A stretch of DNA of 64,000 nucleotides, from NCBI GenBank assembly GCA_910588635.1, contig CAJUPW010000004.1, forward strand, positions 29,823-93,822. Direction: 5' to 3'. Numbering within the stretch: the stretch's first letter is position 1; each line of letters starts with the position of its first letter. Under the pieces are notes generated by a model, which was not told the origin of the DNA, did not search any database, and saw only the letters and a program-made list of their open reading frames with translations. Positions 39,373-48,693 of this stretch are shown one piece after another. A program made the translations under genes and the position numbers. The DNA comes from an uncultured Oscillospiraceae bacterium. Lineage in GTDB: Bacteria > Bacillota > Clostridia > Oscillospirales > Oscillospiraceae.

Positions 39373-39537
39373 AAGGTCCTCCTTAAAAATGCGGCACAAA
39401 TCCCAGTTAGGGGGGAATGATAGCACAATTCAGCCGGTCTGTCAACACGGCCCGGCTTATTTTGGGATTGTTTTTCTCCATAGCAGCGTGTATAATGTAA
39501 ACCAGTAAAGTGTTGACCACACATGAGGAGGAATTGT

Positions 39538-40017
39538 ATGGAAAAGCTGCTGGAGCTGCTGGAGCAGGACTGCACCATGCCGGTGTCGGCGCTGGCCGCC
39601 GCCGCGGGCGTGAGCGAGGCCGAGGCCAAAGCCGCCATTCAGAAATATGAGAACGACCGGACCATTCTGGGCTATCAGGCCATCATCGACTGGGACCGGG
39701 TCCGGAAGGAGACCGTCACCGCCCTGATTGAGGTCAACGTCACCCCCCAGTCCAGGGACGGCTTTGACCGCATCGCCGAACGCATCTACCAGTACGATGA
39801 GGTGGAGAGCATGTACCTGATGAGCGGCTCCTTCGACCTGACCGTCATCATCTCGGGCCGCACCCTGCGGGAAGTGGCTCAGTTCGTGGGCGAGCGGCTG
39901 GCCCCCATCCAGGGGGTCACCGGCACGGCCACCCACTTTATCCTGAAAAAGTACAAAGAGAAGCATCTGGTGTTCCGTCCCCAGGACCCGGAGGAAAGGG
40001 AGTACATCTTCGTATGA
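39538..40017 (+). CDS. Lrp/AsnC regulator (AlaR/YugG-like)
   Basis: HTH; YLMSGSFDL, TATHFILKKYK. Confidence 0.9.
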   Translation: MEKLLELLEQDCTMPVSALAAAAGVSEAEAKAAIQKYENDRTILGYQAIIDWDRVRKETVTALIEVNVTPQSRDGFDRIAERIYQYDEVESMYLMSGSFDLTVIISGRTLREVAQFVGERLAPIQGVTGTATHFILKKYKEKHLVFRPQDPEEREYIFV

Positions 40018-41201
40018 ACTATGACAGCATCCTCAACGAGAAAATACAGAATATCAAGCCCTCCGGCATCCGAAAGTTTTTTGATATCCTGGAGGAGATG
40101 ACTGACGCCATCTCCTTGGGCATCGGCGAGCCTGACTTCGTCACGCCCTGGCATATCCGGGACGCGGGCATCTATTCCCTGGAGCGGGGCCACACCAAGT
40201 ACACCTCCAACGCCGGTATGCTCCAGCTCCGCCGGGAGATCGCCGCCTACCTCAACCGCCGGTTCGATCTCCAGTACGACTATGCCAGCCAGATTCTGGT
40301 GACGGTTGGGGGCAGCGAGGCCATCGACCTGGCCCTCCGGGTGCTGCTCAACCCCGGGGACGAGGTGATTGTCCCCACCCCCTCCTTCGTCTGCTACGGC
40401 CCTCTGGCCGAGATGGCGGGGGGCGTGCCCAGGTATCTGGAGCTGAAGGCGGAAAACCAGTTCCGCCTCACCCCCGAGGAGCTGCAGGGCGCCATCACCG
40501 GCAGGACCAAGGCGCTGGTGCTGCCCTTCCCCTCCAACCCCACCGGGGGGACCATGGAGCGCAAGGACCTGGAGGCCGTCGCCCAGGTGCTGGAGGGCAC
40601 CGATATCATGGTCATCTCCGATGAGATTTACGCCGAGCTGACCTACGGCCGCCGCCACGTCTCCCCGGCCAACCTCACCGGCATGTACGACCGCACCGTG
40701 GTGGTCAACGGCTTCTCCAAGAGCCACGCCATGACGGGCTGGCGCATGGGCTACGTCTGCGCTCCCCGGCCTATCGTGGCCGCCATGACCAAGCTGCACC
40801 AGTTCGGCATCATGTCCGCCCCCACCACCAGCCAGTACGCCGCCGTGGAGGCCATGCGCAGCGGGGACGGGGACATCGAGCACATGCGGGAGGAGTACGA
40901 CCGCCGCCGCCGGTATCTGGTGGAGAATCTCAACCGCATCGGACTTCAGTGCTTCGAGCCCAAGGGGGCTTTCTATGTGTTCCCGGATATCCGCTCCACC
41001 GGGCTGACCTCGGAGGAGTTCTGTGAGCGTTTCCTGCTGGAGGAGAAGGTGGCCGTCATTCCCGGCTCCGCCTTCGGCCCCGGAGGGGAGGGCTTTGTCC
41101 GGGCCTGCTACGCCGCCTCCATGAAGGATATCGCCGAGGCCGTGGCCCGGATGGACAACTTCCTCACTAATTTGAGAAGAAAACAGGGGAGAGAGGGTTA
41201 A
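40014..41201 (+). CDS. Class I/II aminotransferase (AlaT/YugH-like)
   Basis: SGIRKFFD, GEPDF, PSNPTG, SDEIY, SKSHAMTGWR.G. Confidence 0.92.
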   Translation: MNYDSILNEKIQNIKPSGIRKFFDILEEMTDAISLGIGEPDFVTPWHIRDAGIYSLERGHTKYTSNAGMLQLRREIAAYLNRRFDLQYDYASQILVTVGGSEAIDLALRVLLNPGDEVIVPTPSFVCYGPLAEMAGGVPRYLELKAENQFRLTPEELQGAITGRTKALVLPFPSNPTGGTMERKDLEAVAQVLEGTDIMVISDEIYAELTYGRRHVSPANLTGMYDRTVVVNGFSKSHAMTGWRMGYVCAPRPIVAAMTKLHQFGIMSAPTTSQYAAVEAMRSGDGDIEHMREEYDRRRRYLVENLNRIGLQCFEPKGAFYVFPDIRSTGLTSEEFCERFLLEEKVAVIPGSAFGPGGEGFVRACYAASMKDIAEAVARMDNFLTNLRRKQGREG

Positions 41202-41202
41202 A

Positions 41203-41805
41203 ATGAACATCGTATGTTTGGATATGGAGGGGGTCTTAGTCCCGGAGATCTGGATCGCTTTCTCTGAGGAGAGCGGCATCCCCGAGCTGCGCCGCACCAC
41301 CCGGGACGAGCCCGACTACGACAAGCTGATGACCTGGCGGCTGGGTATTTTGAAGGAGCACGGCCTGGGGCTGAAGGAAATTCAGGCAGTCATCGCCAAG
41401 ATCGACCCTCTGCCTGGGGCGAAGGAGTTTCTGGACCGGCTGCGCGCCAAGACCCAGGTGGTCATTTTAAGCGACACCTTCGAGCAGTTCGCGAGACCCC
41501 TGATGGAGAAGCTGAACTGGCCCACCATCTTCTGCAACACCCTGGAGGTGGGGGAGAATGGGGCCATCACCGGCTACCAAATGCGCTGTGAGAAGTCCAA
41601 GCTGACCACGGTGAAGGCCCTCCAGTCCATGGGCTACGACACCATCGCCGCCGGAGACAGCTTCAACGATCTGGCCATGATCCAGGCCAGCAAGGCGGGG
41701 TTTCTGTTCAAGTCCACCGAGGCTATCAAAGCCGCTCACCCCGAGCTGCCCGCTTTTGAGGAGTTTGACGAGCTGCTGTCCGCCATTGAGGGAGCGCTGG
41801 ACTGA
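41203..41805 (+). CDS. thrH: Phosphoserine phosphatase/homoserine phosphotransferase
   Basis: CLDMEGVLVPEIW, TTRDEPDYD, LSDTF, AAGDSFND. Confidence 0.92.
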   Translation: MNIVCLDMEGVLVPEIWIAFSEESGIPELRRTTRDEPDYDKLMTWRLGILKEHGLGLKEIQAVIAKIDPLPGAKEFLDRLRAKTQVVILSDTFEQFARPLMEKLNWPTIFCNTLEVGENGAITGYQMRCEKSKLTTVKALQSMGYDTIAAGDSFNDLAMIQASKAGFLFKSTEAIKAAHPELPAFEEFDELLSAIEGALD

Positions 41806-41825
41806 GAGCAGAGAGGAGAATCGCG

Positions 41826-42053
41826 ATGTTTTGGACCGTGCTGCTGCTGATAATCTGCTTTTCCGCTGTCGCCTCCGTATTATTTTGGATGCTTGCGATG
41901 ATGATCGGAGAGTGGGCCCTCGCTGTGGCTGGTGTTCTGCTGCTGGCGGGCGTTATTACGGCGCTGGTTTCGGCCTATCAGCGGATTGCGGTCCAGCTGG
42001 ACAGCGTGGAGAAGAAGCTGGATAAGCTCTTAGAGCAAAAGGAAGAGGAGTGA
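41826..42053 (+). CDS. Small membrane protein
   Basis: GAGGAG RBS; two TM helices and a coiled tail. Confidence 0.7.
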   Translation: MFWTVLLLIICFSAVASVLFWMLAMMIGEWALAVAGVLLLAGVITALVSAYQRIAVQLDSVEKKLDKLLEQKEEE

Positions 42054-43324
42054 CCTCCATGAACGATATTTTTGACGGCCTGCCCTTTAAGCCTGCGGAC
42101 ATTCTTCTGCCCCGGGACTGCGACCTGTCCCTGTGGTCGGTGGTGGCCTGCGACCAGTACACCTCCCAGCCCGAATACTGGCAGCGGGTGGAGGAGCGGG
42201 TGGGGCGGGCCCCGTCCGCTCTGCGGCTGATCCTGCCGGAGAGCTGTCTGGAGGGCCCCAGCGTGGAGACCGACATCATGGAGGTCAACAACACCATGAG
42301 CCGCTATCTTCGGGAGGGCCGCTTTCAGGAGTACCCCGACGCCCTGATCTATGTGGAGCGCACCCTGGACAGCGGCAAGGTCCGCCGGGGTCTGGTGGGC
42401 ATGGCAGACCTGGAGGCCTACGACTACGAGCCGGGCTCCTCCTCCGCAATCCAGGCTACCGAGGGGGTGGTGATGTCCCGCATTCCCCCCCGCGTGGCGG
42501 TGCGGAAAAACGCCCCCATCGAGCTGCCCCACGCGATTCTGCTCAGCGACTGCGGGGATATTGTCGCTCCCCTGGCCGGCCGGACGGGAGAGATGGAGCT
42601 CCTCTACGACTTCGAGCTGATGGAGGGGGGCGGCTATGTGAAGGGCTGGCTGCTGACCCGGGAGCAGCAGGAACAGACCGCCCGGGCCATCCGGGCGCGG
42701 AAGGAGTGGGCGGACCGGGAGCGGGACGGCCTGCTCTTCGTGGCGGGAGACGGCAACCACTCTCTGGCCGCCGCCAAGGAGTGCTATGAGCGGCGCAAGG
42801 GACTCACCGATCCCACCCAGTGGCCCGATCTGCCCTCCCGCTACGCCCTGTGCGAGCTGGTCGATCTCAGCGGCAACGGAGTTGACTTTGAGCCTATCCA
42901 CCGGGTGGTCTTCGGCGTGAAGCCGGAGGAGCTGCTGGACGCCCTGATGAAATACTGTCCCTCCGCCGTCCGGGGCAGAGAGGAAGGGCATGTCCTGCCC
43001 TTTGTGATCGGCCGGTGGAGCCAGGGGGAGATCACGGTGACCAAGCCCGCGGCCAATCTGCCGGTGGACACTCTCCAGCGTTTTCTGGACGACTACACAG
43101 CCTCCCATCCCAAGGCCCGGGTGGACTACATCCACGGGGAGGCGGAGGCCCGGGCGCTGGCAGAAGAGCGGGAGGACGCCGTGGCCTTCCTTCTGCCCCG
43201 GCCCCGGTGGCCGGAGCTGTTCGACGCCGTTGTCCGGGACGGCCTCCTGCCCCGAAAGACCTTCTCCATCGGCCAGGCCAAGGACAAGCGGTTTTACTTA
43301 GAGGCGAGAAAAATCAGAAAATAG
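42050..43324 (+). CDS. DUF1015 family protein
   Basis: WSVVACDQYTS, TEG, GDGNHSLA.AK, LPRKTFS.G. Confidence 0.88.
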   Translation: MTSMNDIFDGLPFKPADILLPRDCDLSLWSVVACDQYTSQPEYWQRVEERVGRAPSALRLILPESCLEGPSVETDIMEVNNTMSRYLREGRFQEYPDALIYVERTLDSGKVRRGLVGMADLEAYDYEPGSSSAIQATEGVVMSRIPPRVAVRKNAPIELPHAILLSDCGDIVAPLAGRTGEMELLYDFELMEGGGYVKGWLLTREQQEQTARAIRARKEWADRERDGLLFVAGDGNHSLAAAKECYERRKGLTDPTQWPDLPSRYALCELVDLSGNGVDFEPIHRVVFGVKPEELLDALMKYCPSAVRGREEGHVLPFVIGRWSQGEITVTKPAANLPVDTLQRFLDDYTASHPKARVDYIHGEAEARALAEEREDAVAFLLPRPRWPELFDAVVRDGLLPRKTFSIGQAKDKRFYLEARKIRK

Positions 43325-43337
43325 GGGGAAAGCCGCC

Positions 43338-44189
43338 ATGGAGGTCCGCGCCCACGCCAAACTGAATCTGACTCTGGATGTGCTGGGCAGGCGCCCCGAC
43401 GGCTACCACGATCTGCGGATGGTGATGCAGTCCGTCGCCCTGGCCGATGTGCTCACTCTGGAGGAGAGCGGCGATGGGGAGCTGCGGGTGCGCACCAACC
43501 TACACTTTCTGCCCAATAACGAGAAAAATCTGGCCGCCCAGGCCGCTCTGCGCTGGTGGGAGGCCAGGGGACAGGTCCCCCGGGGGCTGGAGATTACCAT
43601 TGAGAAAAGTGTTCCCGTCTGCGCCGGCATGGCCGGGGGGAGCAGCGACGCCGCCGCCGTCCTTCGGGCGCTGAACCAGATGGAGGGGGCGCCCCTGTCC
43701 CTGCGGGAGGTGGCCAAGATTGGGGAGCGGGTGGGCTCCGACGTGCCCTACTGCATCCTGGGCGGCACCGCCCTGGCCGAAGGGAGGGGAGAAATCCTCA
43801 CCCCCTTGCCCCCTCTGCCCCAGTGCTGGGCGGTGCTGTGCAAGCCGGAATTCTCCATCTCCACCCCGGCGCTGTTCGCTAAAATAGACAGTGTGCGCCT
43901 GCGCTGCCGTCCCGACACCCAGGGGGTCATCGCCGCCCTGGAGGCGGGGGACCTCCACGGGGTGGCCCGGCGGATGTACAACGTTTTTGAGGACGCCTTG
44001 CCGGAGCGCCAGCGCGCCCGGGTGAGCGACATCAAAAACGTGCTGATTCAGTGCGGGGCCCTGGGGGCCAGCATGAGCGGCACCGGTCCCACCGCCTTTG
44101 GGCTCTTTGACGACGAGGGCCTGGCCCGGGAGGCCCGGGAGCGGCTGGCCGACTGGGGTGGCGAGGTTTTTTTGACACAGACCGTTTAA
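43338..44189 (+). CDS. ispE: CDP-ME kinase
   Basis: AKLNLTL, DGYH, P..AGMAGGSSDAA, GSDVP, MSGTG. Confidence 0.95.
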   Translation: MEVRAHAKLNLTLDVLGRRPDGYHDLRMVMQSVALADVLTLEESGDGELRVRTNLHFLPNNEKNLAAQAALRWWEARGQVPRGLEITIEKSVPVCAGMAGGSSDAAAVLRALNQMEGAPLSLREVAKIGERVGSDVPYCILGGTALAEGRGEILTPLPPLPQCWAVLCKPEFSISTPALFAKIDSVRLRCRPDTQGVIAALEAGDLHGVARRMYNVFEDALPERQRARVSDIKNVLIQCGALGASMSGTGPTAFGLFDDEGLAREARERLADWGGEVFLTQTV

Positions 44190-44212
44190 GGTTGTTAAAA
44201 CCCGTCTATACT
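44184..44212 (+). promoter_or_regulatory. SigF-like promoter of spoIIR
   Basis: GTTTA-N15-GTCTATACT; spoIIR is SigF-dependent in B. subtilis. Confidence 0.65.
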
Positions 44213-44243
44213 GTAAGAAAGTTACAGGATAGGCGGTTTTTTT

Positions 44244-44864
44244 ATGGATCGAAAATTGAAAACCTGGGAGCTGGCGCTGATGTGCGGCGTGCTGATCGCG
44301 GTGATGGCGGGGAGCTGGCTGGACCGGGAGCAGCAGGAGCTGGCCGGCAGCGTCATCCGCTTCCACGTCATCGCCAACTCGGACAGCGAGGAGGACCAGG
44401 CGTTAAAGCTGGCGGTACGGGATCGGGTGTTGAAGGAGGCCCAGGACCTCTACCCGGAGAACGCCACTCTGGCCCAGGCCCAGGCGGCCCTGGAGGGCCG
44501 TCTCAGCCTGCTGGCCGCCGCCGGTCGTGAGGTAGTGGAGGAACAGGGGTATGATTACCCGGTGTCCGCCGCCCTGGAGGACTGCTGGTTCCCCACCAAG
44601 GAGTACGAAGGCTTCGCCCTCCCCGCCGGAAGCTACACCGCCCTCCGGGTGACCATCGGCGAGGGCAAGGGGCGCAACTGGTGGTGCGTGGCCTTCCCGC
44701 CCCTGTGCCTGGGAGCGGCCAGCGAGACGGTGGATCAGGCCCTGGAGGCGGGCCGCTTTACCCCGGAGCAGGGCGCTCTGGTGACGGGGGACGGCGAGGG
44801 CTATGTCCTCAAATTCAAGGCCATGGAGCTTTTGGGCGAGATACAGGGTTTTTTTGAAAAGTAG
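44244..44864 (+). CDS. spoIIR: Stage II sporulation protein R
   Basis: IRFHVIANSDS..DQ.LKL.VRD, FPTK.Y, G.G.NWWCV.FPPLC. Confidence 0.95.
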   Translation: MDRKLKTWELALMCGVLIAVMAGSWLDREQQELAGSVIRFHVIANSDSEEDQALKLAVRDRVLKEAQDLYPENATLAQAQAALEGRLSLLAAAGREVVEEQGYDYPVSAALEDCWFPTKEYEGFALPAGSYTALRVTIGEGKGRNWWCVAFPPLCLGAASETVDQALEAGRFTPEQGALVTGDGEGYVLKFKAMELLGEIQGFFEK

Positions 44865-44886
44865 GGCGGCGCCGCGCGCCGCCCTT

Positions 44887-44916
44887 TCATATTGTCCCCG
44901 CTTCGCCGCATAGTCT
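44887..44916 (+). promoter_or_regulatory. SigE-like promoter
   Basis: TCATATT-N15-CATAGTCT. Confidence 0.65.
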
Positions 44917-44935
44917 GTGGGGAAAGGGGGGGGCT

Positions 44936-45619
44936 GTGTTGATCGGTCAGCTTGTGACAGTACCCGGAGGGCGGGGAAGGGCGGAGCCGGGACGGCTCTA
45001 CGGCCTGAGCGTCCTGCGGGCGGAGGCCGACCCCACCGGCTTCTGGGGGGAGCGCTACCTGCGCCGGGCGGGGAAGGGGCTGCGCCGGGGGGGTGCGCTC
45101 CGGGTGCTGGTCCCCGGTGATTTTGACCTCTGGCCGGCCCTGGCTCCTCTCGGCCTGCGGCCGGTGGAGGTGGACGCATTTGTTCGGAACCAGTCGGCAA
45201 CCCTGGCGCTGGAGCTGCTGGAGCGGCGGGATGTCCCCCCCGACCGGGCCGTTGTGGCCCTACGGGGGGCACGGGCGGACCGGGACATGGCCCGGACGGC
45301 GGCGGCGCTGTGCCAGGAGGTGCGGAGTCTGGTAGTGGACGCTCCCCGGGGCGGGGAGGAGCTGGCCAACTGGCTGAGGCGGGAGTTTGGGATCCCTGTT
45401 TTACCGCCGGGGGAGGGCTGTCACGCCGCTCTGTGCTTTCACCCGGACTGCCCCCGGAGAGAGGGGGAGGCCCTGGAGCTGTACGGCCCCCGGCCCCGGC
45501 TGGCGGGGCTGGCCCTCAGCGCGCCCCGGCTGGCGGAGGAGGACCGGGAGAATCTGCCTCTGCTGTCCGCCCTGTGGGAGGGGGGAAAGCTGGGGCCTGA
45601 AGACATAAAAATCACTTGA
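44936..45619 (+). CDS. Hypothetical protein, probably sporulation-expressed
   Basis: GTG start after a G-rich RBS and SigE-like promoter; fills the gap to greA. Confidence 0.65.
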   Translation: MLIGQLVTVPGGRGRAEPGRLYGLSVLRAEADPTGFWGERYLRRAGKGLRRGGALRVLVPGDFDLWPALAPLGLRPVEVDAFVRNQSATLALELLERRDVPPDRAVVALRGARADRDMARTAAALCQEVRSLVVDAPRGGEELANWLRREFGIPVLPPGEGCHAALCFHPDCPRREGEALELYGPRPRLAGLALSAPRLAEEDRENLPLLSALWEGGKLGPEDIKIT

Positions 45620-45644
45620 CAGACGGGTTGGAAACACATATAAT
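45616..45644 (+). promoter_or_regulatory. Sigma-A promoter of greA-lysS
   Basis: TTGACA-N17-TATAAT. Confidence 0.88.
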
Positions 45645-45726
45645 GGCACAGAATGTACGACTATGCCCAATTTTGCCCCTGCAAGGCGGCGGGCGGATAG
45701 TCCGATGGAAAGGTGTGCGAAATTTC

Positions 45727-46200
45727 ATGGCGAAGGAATATAAGCTGAGTCCTCAGCGGCTCAAGGAACTGCAGGACGAGATGACATACCTCAAGACGGT
45801 CCGGGAGAAGGAAGTGGCCGACCAGATCAAAGAGGCCCGGTCCTTCGGCGACCTCAGCGAGAACAGCGAGTACGACGAGGCGAAAAACGAACAGGGCAAG
45901 CTTTACGCCCGCATGGGCGAGCTGGAGGAGATTCTGTCCAACTACGTGGTCATCGAGGAGGACGAGACCGACGGCGACTATGTCCGTCTGGGCTCCACCG
46001 TCACCGTGCTGGACAAGGAGTTCAACGAGGAGCTGGTTTATAAGATCGTGGGCTCTCAGGAGGCCGATCCCATGAGCGGAGCCATCTCGGAGGACTCCCC
46101 CTTCGGCAAGGCGCTGCTGGGCAGAAACGCGGGGGACGAGGTCACCGTGGACGCCCCCGCCGGCCCGGTGGAGTATAAGCTGCTGAAGGTAGAGAGATAA
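45727..46200 (+). CDS. greA: Transcription elongation factor GreA
   Basis: EARSFGDLSENSEY, IVGSQEADP, SP.GKALLG. Confidence 0.96.
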   Translation: MAKEYKLSPQRLKELQDEMTYLKTVREKEVADQIKEARSFGDLSENSEYDEAKNEQGKLYARMGELEEILSNYVVIEEDETDGDYVRLGSTVTVLDKEFNEELVYKIVGSQEADPMSGAISEDSPFGKALLGRNAGDEVTVDAPAGPVEYKLLKVER

Positions 46201-46212
46201 GGAGTAATCGAC

Positions 46213-47718
46213 ATGGCCGATAAGAATCATCAGACCGGCGCGGTGGAACAGGAGAACCTGTCTCAGCTTCTCCAGATTCGCCGGGACAAGCTCAAGGAAC
46301 TCCAGGAGAGCGGAAACGACCCGTTCCAGATCACCCGCTATGTGGTGGACAACGACTCCGCCAACATCAAGGACAACTTCGATGCCCTGGAGGGGGAAGA
46401 GGTGTCTGTCGCTGGACGGCTCATGTCCAAGCGGGGGATGGGGAAGGTATCCTTCTGCGACCTGCAGGACAAGTCCGGCCGCATCCAGCTCTACGCCCGA
46501 AAGGACGAGATGGATGAGGAGGAATACAACCGCTTCAAAAAGTATGACATCGGCGACATTGTGGGCGTGGAGGGCGTGGTTTTCCGCACCCAGCGGGGAG
46601 AGATGTCCGTCCGGGTGGTCCATGTGACGCTGCTCAGCAAGTCCTTGCTGCCCTTGCCCGAGAAGTTCCACGGACTGACCAGCACCGAGCTGCGCTACCG
46701 CCAGCGGTATGTGGACCTGATCGTCAACCCGGAGGTGAAGCGCAACTTCGTCATCCGCTCCAGGTTTATCAAGCACGTCCGGGACTTTATGGACGGCCGG
46801 GGCTTTATTGAGGTGGAGACCCCGGTGCTGAATACCATCTCCGGCGGGGCCACCGCCCGGCCCTTTATCACCCACCACAACACCTTGGATATCGACATGT
46901 ACATGCGCATCGCCACCGAGCTGCCCCTGAAGCGGCTTATCGTGGGAGGCATGGACCGGGTGTACGAGATCGGGCGCATCTTCCGCAACGAGGGCATGGA
47001 CCCTAAGCATAACCCGGAGTTCACCACCATCGAGCTCTACCAGGCCTATGCCGACTTCAACGATATGATGGACCTGTTTGAGGATCTGCTGTCCTCCGCC
47101 GCTCAGAAGATTCTGGGTACCTACCAGGTGGAGTGGCAGGGGGAGAAGATCGACCTGACCCCCGGCTGGCCCCGTATGCCCATGCACGAGGCGGTGAAGC
47201 AGCACTGCGGCATCGACTTTATGGCGATCAGCTCCGACGAGGAGGCGGTGGCCGCGGCCAAGTCCATCGGCGTGGAGCTGCCCGAGACGGCGGACAAGAC
47301 CTGGGGCAACGCCCTGTACGAGTGCTTCGACCAAAAGGTGGAGGAGAAGCTGATCCAGCCGACCTTCATTACCATGCACCCGGTGGATGTCTCCCCCCTG
47401 GCCAAGCGCTCCCCCTCCGACCCCCGGCTCACCGAGCGGTTCGAGCTGTTCGTCTGTCACAGTGAGATGGGCAACGCCTTTTCCGAGCTGAACGACCCCA
47501 TCGACCAGCGCCAGCGCTTCCAGAAGCAGGTGGAGCAGCGGGAGCGGGGAGACGACGAGGCCGGCATGATGGACGAGGACTATGTGACCGCCCTGGAGTA
47601 CGGACTGCCCCCCACGGGCGGCCTGGGCATCGGCATCGACAGGTGCGTCATGCTGCTCACCGGCTCCGACTCAATCCGGGAAGTGATTCTGTTCCCCACC
47701 ATGAAGCCGGTGGATTAA
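46213..47718 (+). CDS. lysS: Lysyl-tRNA synthetase (class II)
   Basis: [41 protein letters not shown]. Confidence 0.97.
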   Translation: MADKNHQTGAVEQENLSQLLQIRRDKLKELQESGNDPFQITRYVVDNDSANIKDNFDALEGEEVSVAGRLMSKRGMGKVSFCDLQDKSGRIQLYARKDEMDEEEYNRFKKYDIGDIVGVEGVVFRTQRGEMSVRVVHVTLLSKSLLPLPEKFHGLTSTELRYRQRYVDLIVNPEVKRNFVIRSRFIKHVRDFMDGRGFIEVETPVLNTISGGATARPFITHHNTLDIDMYMRIATELPLKRLIVGGMDRVYEIGRIFRNEGMDPKHNPEFTTIELYQAYADFNDMMDLFEDLLSSAAQKILGTYQVEWQGEKIDLTPGWPRMPMHEAVKQHCGIDFMAISSDEEAVAAAKSIGVELPETADKTWGNALYECFDQKVEEKLIQPTFITMHPVDVSPLAKRSPSDPRLTERFELFVCHSEMGNAFSELNDPIDQRQRFQKQVEQRERGDDEAGMMDEDYVTALEYGLPPTGGLGIGIDRCVMLLTGSDSIREVILFPTMKPVD

Positions 47719-47818
47719 AAAGTCGTTGCGCCGCAAGGGCTTCAGAGGATTTTGACCCTGATTTTTGAAAAATTTACGACAACCTTACGACAAATGAAAA
47801 GGATTTTTGCATAGCAAG

Positions 47819-47853
47819 AGGAGCGCCGACCGCATGGTTGGCGCTCCTTTTTT
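47819..47853 (+). terminator. lysS terminator
   Basis: AGGAGCGCCGACC-GCAT-GGTTGGCGCTCCTTTTTT. Confidence 0.8.
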
Positions 47854-47864
47854 GCCTTTCGGGG

Positions 47865-48436
47865 ACAGGACTTGAATCTGATAAGACAATATGGGTCAGC
47901 AAATAACCTGGTGCTATTCCAATGATATTTTCTGCCATTCAGGGTCCTCGGTAATAGCGTGTCTCTCTGTTTTAATTGGCGCGCTTCCCCGTTCAAATAT
48001 GTATTCCGTTCCAAGCGGCATATACCCTCTATTCCCCCTCCTGCGCCCCCTCTCCGCCCTCCGGGGCGGGGTGGTATCTGTACCCTCAGGGGCCGCTGCG
48101 GGCGGCTGGGGGGCGGGGGTAGCCTGGGAGTGGATAAACTGAGCATACTTCAACAAAACCTCTAAATCATCACAAGGCAAATCCTCTGCTATACGAATTA
48201 GATATTACCAGGGAAAGACCACAAGCGAAATTGCCGTTATGGAGGGCATTTCAAAAAATACAGTACATAAGCGGGAACAAGCCGCCCTGTGCCGTCTGCG
48301 TCACCCTTCCAGGTCTAAAGCGCTGCGGGTGTATCTGTGAAGCATAACGACCAAACAACGACCAAACCGGCAAAATTTGAGATAAATAAAAGACCGCCAG
48401 CCCTTGCGACACAAGGGTTAGCGGCCTTTTTACAGA
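47865..48436. mobile_element. Decayed integrative element remnant at tRNA-Val 3' end
   Basis: 15/16-bp copy of the tRNA T-arm at 47865-47880; 11-bp tandem repeats and CCCTTG..CAAGGG palindrome near the tRNA; sigma fragment inside. Confidence 0.6.
48185..48340 (+). pseudogene. Sigma-70 region 4 fragment
   Basis: SAIRIRYYQGKTTSEIAVMEGISKNTVHKREQAALCRLRHPSRSKALRVYL*; in-frame stop at 48140; no region 2. Confidence 0.75.
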
Positions 48437-48512
48437 TGGTGGACGATACAGGACTTGAACCTGTGACCTCCCGCACGTCAAGCGGATGCTCTACCAGCTG
48501 AGCTAATCGTCC
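48437..48512 (-). tRNA. tRNA-Val(GAC)
   Basis: 76-nt cloverleaf GGACGAT...ATCGTCCACCA; anticodon loop TTGACGT; GGTTCAAGTCC T-arm. Confidence 0.97.
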
Positions 48513-48526
48513 GAACAGCAAAAGTT

Positions 48527-48555
48527 ATTATACTGACGTGAGCAACGTTTGTCAA
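48527..48555 (-). promoter_or_regulatory. Sigma-A promoter of tRNA-Val
   Basis: TTGACA-N17-TATAAT. Confidence 0.88.
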
Positions 48556-48693
48556 TAGTAAAATCAGATTTTTTCTAAAAACTCGGAAAAATTCAGAGTG
48601 GGAGAAAATTCAAAATTTCCGATGAAAAGTAGAGTGGAGTGTGCTATAATAAAAAACAGGTGCGATCCCATTCTTTCAAAGGAGGAATGTTCC

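Noticed and set aside
47914..48180. 88-aa minus-strand ORF in the remnant
   Set aside because: Low-complexity middle, no RBS or family recognised
48293..48340. Tyrosine integrase C-terminal motif (RLRH...VY)
   Set aside because: The full frame fits sigma-70 region 4 much better
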